Positions 33,746 through 38,398 of a stretch of DNA of 38,398 nt are shown piece after piece. Position 1 is the stretch's first letter; every line of letters starts with the position of its first letter. The notes beneath the pieces were generated by a model that saw nothing but the letters and a program-made list of their open reading frames with translations, made no database searches and had not been told where the DNA came from. Both the position numbers and the translations under genes were made by a program. Origin of the DNA: Basidiobolus meristosporus CBS 931.73 (Eukaryota > Fungi > Basidiobolomycota); contig MCFE01000764.1 of NCBI GenBank assembly GCA_002104905.1, positions 1-38,398 of the forward strand. The letters are read 5' to 3'.

Positions 33746-35906
33746 CAAAGGAGGATAATTGGGACCTACTAGCAACTAATATTTCAAACCGCAAAGTGGC
33801 TTAGGATGACGAATTGTTTTTCCTAAAGTTTTTTATTTATCCCAAGAGACAAATAATAGAACTAAAGCGATTGACTTTTGGCAAAAGGTAACAACTCAGG
33901 ACAGATAACCGGAGAGGCTATTCCCAAGGTTATTTTGACAAAGTTGGTCTCATCAGTGTCCAAACTTTTTATACTACCTCACCTCTTATTTTCTTAAGTC
34001 TGTTTAAGCCGCGTCCCAGTTCATTATTGTGAAGGAACAGTCAGCAAGTTTTGCTGGGATTATGCAGTAAACCAAGCTTTTCCTCGTAGCTGAGACATTG
34101 TTTTGTAATGTCCAACTAAGTCATAGGAATCAATAAATAAATAACATTGCTTGTGTCCAGATTGGCTTGTATCTTTGTTTCTTGGAGGCTTCAGCGCTTG
34201 TTTTGGGGGAATATTGTTGTTTTCTTGAATCGGCAAAGTTAGCGGTGAACATACCTTTTTTGGCACAAGATCCTTCTCCATTAGGATGTGATATTAATGG
34301 GTTAGGGACTTGGCGCTTAGGGTGTGAAATCTCCCATGTACAAGTGACTGGGTTAGGGGCAATGGTGAGGGTGTCGTCCAAGTTAGCCCTTGGAGTTTGT
34401 TCCTTTAATAGCAGTAATTGAAGAAGGTTTCTACCATTGCGGAAGGCTAAGATTACGCAGGTGTTCCGTAGAGCTTCTACGTTATCTTTTCTTTCCGGAA
34501 TTCTTGTAACCATTTGGGAATTCTCAGATTACAAATCCAAGGGCCAAAGGTTGTAGAGAAGACTAATGGTGTCTCCCTTCTTTTGTTGTTACTGACATTG
34601 TAGGGCTCCAAGGGTGATGTACTATCAATAACTCCTGTTTCTTCCGGTATAGTTTTCATTTTGTAAAAGAATTTGGAACCATGAAGTAAAAAGATAGGGG
34701 CTAAGAACTGTGTTGGATAGCCCCTAGCTTGGAGTTGGTAAAAGAATTCCTTTCGTATGACTAGAAATGGTTCCATCAAGCAACAAAGCCTAGTGTAACG
34801 TTGGAGTTCCGAGCAGATCCATGCTTTCTTGCAGGTGGGTGGATGAGCCAAGAAGAACAGGATGTACAAATATTTGTTCAAACCTTTCTGATGGGTGGAG
34901 GCTTGAATACAACATGTGAGATCCAGGCGTAAAGTGATGTTCAGGAAGTCCACCTGTAAAGGGCTGATCTTCCAGGAAAACTTTATGTGTGGATTTTTGT
35001 TAGTAAATAACAAAATTAGTTTGTATAGCAAATCTTCATCCAATTGCCAGGCAAAAATCAAATTGTCCAGATATTGTCAATATAGGACAGGCCAGACTTT
35101 GGCTTTTCTACAAACATTATTTTCAAAGAAGGCCATGAAAAGGTTAGCATAGGCCGGGGCGCATGGAGTGCCCATTGCAGTTCCTTTCACCTGTAGATAC
35201 TCCATATTGTTGGCAGCAAAGAAATTGTTATGTAGGACCAGTGTCAAAGTGTTAATTAAGGCCAAGGCTTTATGCGGGTTTGAAGAAAGGAACCGCTTGA
35301 TTAATGTCAACACTTTTCAAATCCCTTTGTTGTTATCAATATTGGTATAGAGACTCTCTAGGTTGGCTGTGACTAGAAAACATATGTGGTGTTGTGGTAA
35401 CTCTTTGAGGCAGCTAAGCAGGTCTTGGGAGTTACAAAGGATTTCTTGTTTATTGTTGCAGATGGGTTGAAGATGGTATGCAACCCACCGTGATAAACCG
35501 TATGTCATCCATTTTGCTGAGGGAACTATTGGGCAACCTTTAAGCGGAGATTTGTGCATCTTTGGGATTATGTAAAATTTTGGAATTGACCATGTGGACA
35601 GACTAGACAGAACGTACTGTTGTATCCAAGAGAAAGTGTAATAAAACTCTTGAATGGCTTAACTGAACCAAAGGGACAATTAAGTGCAGAATCTTAGAAT
35701 TGTCAGAGAGTGGCGGAAATATTAGCAGAAAGATTCTGATCTAATATTGGTCTTGGATATAGCTGGGTTGGCTATAAAGGCGATGATATTTGTTTGCTAG
35801 GCAGGCTAGGCTTGGTGTTCTTTGGAGTGCTAGATATACTAGGCTTGGATAGAAACTAGAACGGAATTGTTGGATTCTTATTTTTGCTGAGACAGAATCT
35901 TAATTT
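33746..35906 (-). mobile_element. Penelope-like retroelement (PLE), degenerate RT, no C-terminal GIY-YIG endonuclease; 5' part interrupted by gypsy
   Basis: PKFYIIPKMHKSPLKGCPIV, TANLESLYTNI, YLQVKGTAMGTPCAPAYANLFM, *QYLDN (decayed RRYLDD), HIKFS...VDFLNITL, THQKGLNKYLY...HP, ARGYP, and the linker VILAFRNGRNLLQLL are all PLE-type RT/thumb motifs. ORF remnants span about 34130-35906. Confidence 0.88.
33899..33961 (-). ncRNA. Type I hammerhead ribozyme (core G12 mutated to A in this copy)
   Basis: Minus strand reads GGACA-CTGATGA-GAC(CAACTTT)GTC-aAAA-TAACC(17 nt)GGTTA-TC-TGTCC. All three stems pair and the cleavage triplet is AUC. Confidence 0.87.
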
Positions 35907-36313
35907 TGTTGAGACACACACTAAACCAAAAGGTTCAGTACACTTTATTTATACTTTTCTGATCAAGTTGAATTAGTAAGCGCCAAGGGACTGGATTGAT
36001 TGAAATCAATTTGGGTGTTCATAGGTGCATAAGATAAATGAAAATTACATCATCAATCAACTGATGTCTTGGCAACTGCACAGTGGTTGGATAGATCTCA
36101 GATGACTAATCACCTGGGAAGGCTTGGCAGATAGGTTGATAACGTGATGACCATTTGAAAATAGATCAGGTGTGATAGCTAAAAATAGATTCTGAGGTGG
36201 GATCAAATAAACTGTAACTGGGTTTGTTATGTTTGGGTTAGGGAAAATCAGTTAGGGTACTAGATTTTCAAACGGAGTAAAATTGGCAAAGTTTTAAATG
36301 TTGATGCACAACA
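35907..36313 (-). repeat. 3' LTR of the Ty3/gypsy element (~407 bp)
   Basis: On the minus strand it starts TGTTG immediately after the pol stop and purine tract AGAGGAAAG, and ends CAACA. TATAAATAAA lies near the end. PLE coding remnants resume directly beyond it. Confidence 0.75.
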
Positions 36314-38398
36314 TCACTTTCCTCTGGAAGAGGAGTTTTTTGATACCTTCTGGGTTCCTCTGCGGCTCCAATACTGATTGATAATGGCAACATCATCAAA
36401 GTTGGTGTAAGGTTCCCAAGTGTTGTGTTTGGCATCATAGCCTTTCCACTTGACTAAATAAAGGCAATTTGGTTCTTCTCCATCATGGTCCAAAATAGCT
36501 TCAACTTCATAGGATTCCAAAGTTACTGGGTCTTGAGAAATAAGTTTGAGTGAGGAAGGTGGAAAGTTTTTGGGTAGCAGTGCTCCAGTGTTATCTTGAA
36601 GTACATAAGATCCTCCAGTAGTGCGTCTGACAACCTTGAATGGTCCTTCATACTTGGGGTCAAGCTTAGATTGCCGGATTGGATCTAGTGTCATGACATA
36701 TGACCCATCTGGGAAGCTGCTGTTCCTGTGTCTTGAGGCGTACGTTGAAGTCATCTTTTGCTGAGAGGCCTTACTTCTGGCACTGATAGCAGGGTAGACA
36801 ATGTTGGTAAGGTACTCAAGCCGGTTCTTTAGCTTATCTGTATTCAAACTTGCTAACTCTGTATTCTGGTAGTCTCCAAAGTAGTTGTATCTTCTTCCAA
36901 ACATCAAGGAAAATGGGGTTGATCCATGTAGAGCGGCAATTTTGGTGTTGATAGCATACTGTACAGTCGGAATGTACTTGTCCCAATTCTTCTTGATACC
37001 TTTGATAGATTTCCTGATGATGTTCACTGAGGTCTGAGCATGTCTTTCAGCCAGTCCATTGGCTTTGGGATGATATGGAGTGATTAGACAATGATCAATG
37101 GTGCTATTCTGGCAAAGGGCTTTGATCACGTGATTCACAAATTCTGTTCCATTATCCGATTGAATGACCTTAGGGAATCCAAAAAGGCAGAAGAGCTTGA
37201 ATAGTTCTTGTGCAATAGTGGCCACATACTTGTCTAGGATGGCTTTGAGGAAGACAAAACGTGTGCAGACATCCACCATTACAAAGAGGTAGTGATTACC
37301 ATCATCACTAGTGGTGAAAGGTCCAGCTAGATCAATTGCAATATGATCCATAGGAAGGCTTGCATGGATGGGGCTCAAAGGGTGAAATCCATGGCGGCTG
37401 ATATTGTAAAGTTGACATTCTCTGCACGACTTGACAAATTCTAAGCAGTCAACTTTGATATTTGGCCAGTGATATCCATCAGAGTGTAGCTTCTTCATAA
37501 GCGTGTCAGCTCCAAAGTGGCCAAGTAAATGACTCCTCTGTATCAATGTTTTCCTTTGTTCTTCAGGTGGGATTTTCCAAGTTGCTGAATCCAGTTGAGG
37601 AATTATTTTGGAAGTTGTAGAGAGTTTACTGATTACATCAGTAATCACATGTCCCTCCCAAGGTGAAGTTGGCAAAAGTCTTGACAGGTGGTCAGGAAGG
37701 ATGTTGAGAATTCCTGGGCGATGAATAACTGTATATTCATAATCAAGTAGAGTATCAAGCCAGTTGGTAAGCATTGGAGTCAGAGTCTTCTGAGTGTGGA
37801 TATAGACAAGGGCTCAGTGGTCAGTGTACAAGGTAAAAGGATTACCCCATAGATACTGATGAAACTTCTTCAAGGCAAAGACTATGGCAAGTAGCTCCTT
37901 CTTGGTAGCAGAGTAGTTTCTCTCAGCAGGTTGTAGGGACCTGGCTTGGAAAGAGATCCAGTGAGGCGGATTTTGGTCTTCATCTTGATAGAGGACTGCC
38001 CCTAACCCAACATTAGATGCATCTGTAGCAACAACAAAGGGCTTAGTAAAGTCTGGGTAGGATAAGGTGGGTGCTTGTGGAAGCAGTTGGCAGAGTGACT
38101 CAAAGGCTTGGTCATGAGTCTTGTTCCAGGCTGAGGTGAGATCAGGGCTATGGCGTAATGCATCTAATGGGGCACTCAATGAGGACATGAGTGGTATGTG
38201 TTCCCTGAAATAGTTGAATACTCCAAGATAATGTTGAAGTTGCTTGGCGCTAGTGGGTTTTGGCCATTCTGGGATATTGACCAGTTTGAAAGGATCTAAT
38301 TGGTGGCCAGCTGGTGTGACTATAAGTCCAAGTAGATTGATTTTGAGGCGGGCAAAACTGCACTTTTCAGCATTGAGAATCAGTCCAGCAGTTTGTCA
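36314..38398 (-). mobile_element. Ty3/gypsy chromovirus pol (RT end, RNase H, integrase, chromodomain), continues beyond the window
   Basis: VATDASNVGLGAVL, ERNYSATKKELLAIVFAL, YTDH*AL, HLLGHFG...C..C, IDLAGP, IQSDNGTEF, NGLAER, KLDPKYEGPF, and chromodomain YEVEAILDH...YLVKWKGY...NTWEP. Confidence 0.95.

Noticed and set aside
1423-35906. Functional linkage between the TRF-like gene and the telomere-associated retroelements
   Set aside because: They are about 30 kb apart with unrelated housekeeping genes between them. Co-occurrence in one window is not evidence of a shared system.
36236-36258. GGGTTAGGG...GTTAGGG read as a telomerase cap on a 5'-truncated PLE
   Set aside because: It lies inside the predicted gypsy 3' LTR (35907-36313), so it does not mark the PLE 5' junction.

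Overview
Eukaryotic genomic DNA, most likely from an early-diverging fungus (short GT-AG introns with CTAAC branch points, fungal orthologue set; the lineage is an inference). Positions ~1.4-26.1 kb are a CpG-containing gene block: a TRFH+telobox-Myb telomere-repeat-binding protein, a Bem1/Scd2-like scaffold, WDR26/Gid7, Ypt1/Rab1, Pmp3, Ufd1, seryl-tRNA synthetase, a Ca2+/calmodulin-dependent kinase, the Sfc1 carrier and a small secreted protein. It is flanked by CpG-depleted repeat DNA: a long inverted repeat at ~0.7-1.1 kb and a retroelement stack from ~27.8 kb to the end. The stack holds copia LTRs plus a truncated copia, two copies of a LINE whose 3' end is TTAGGGGGGG on the plus strand, a telomere-motif tandem repeat, a Penelope-like RT element with no C-terminal endonuclease but a type I hammerhead ribozyme, and a chromodomain Ty3/gypsy inserted into that element. 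The main candidate system is this set of co-oriented, TTAGGG-bordered non-LTR elements, which resembles a fossil or current chromosome end built by telomere-primed retrotransposition. All coordinates, splice sites and alignments were read by eye; no database search was run.
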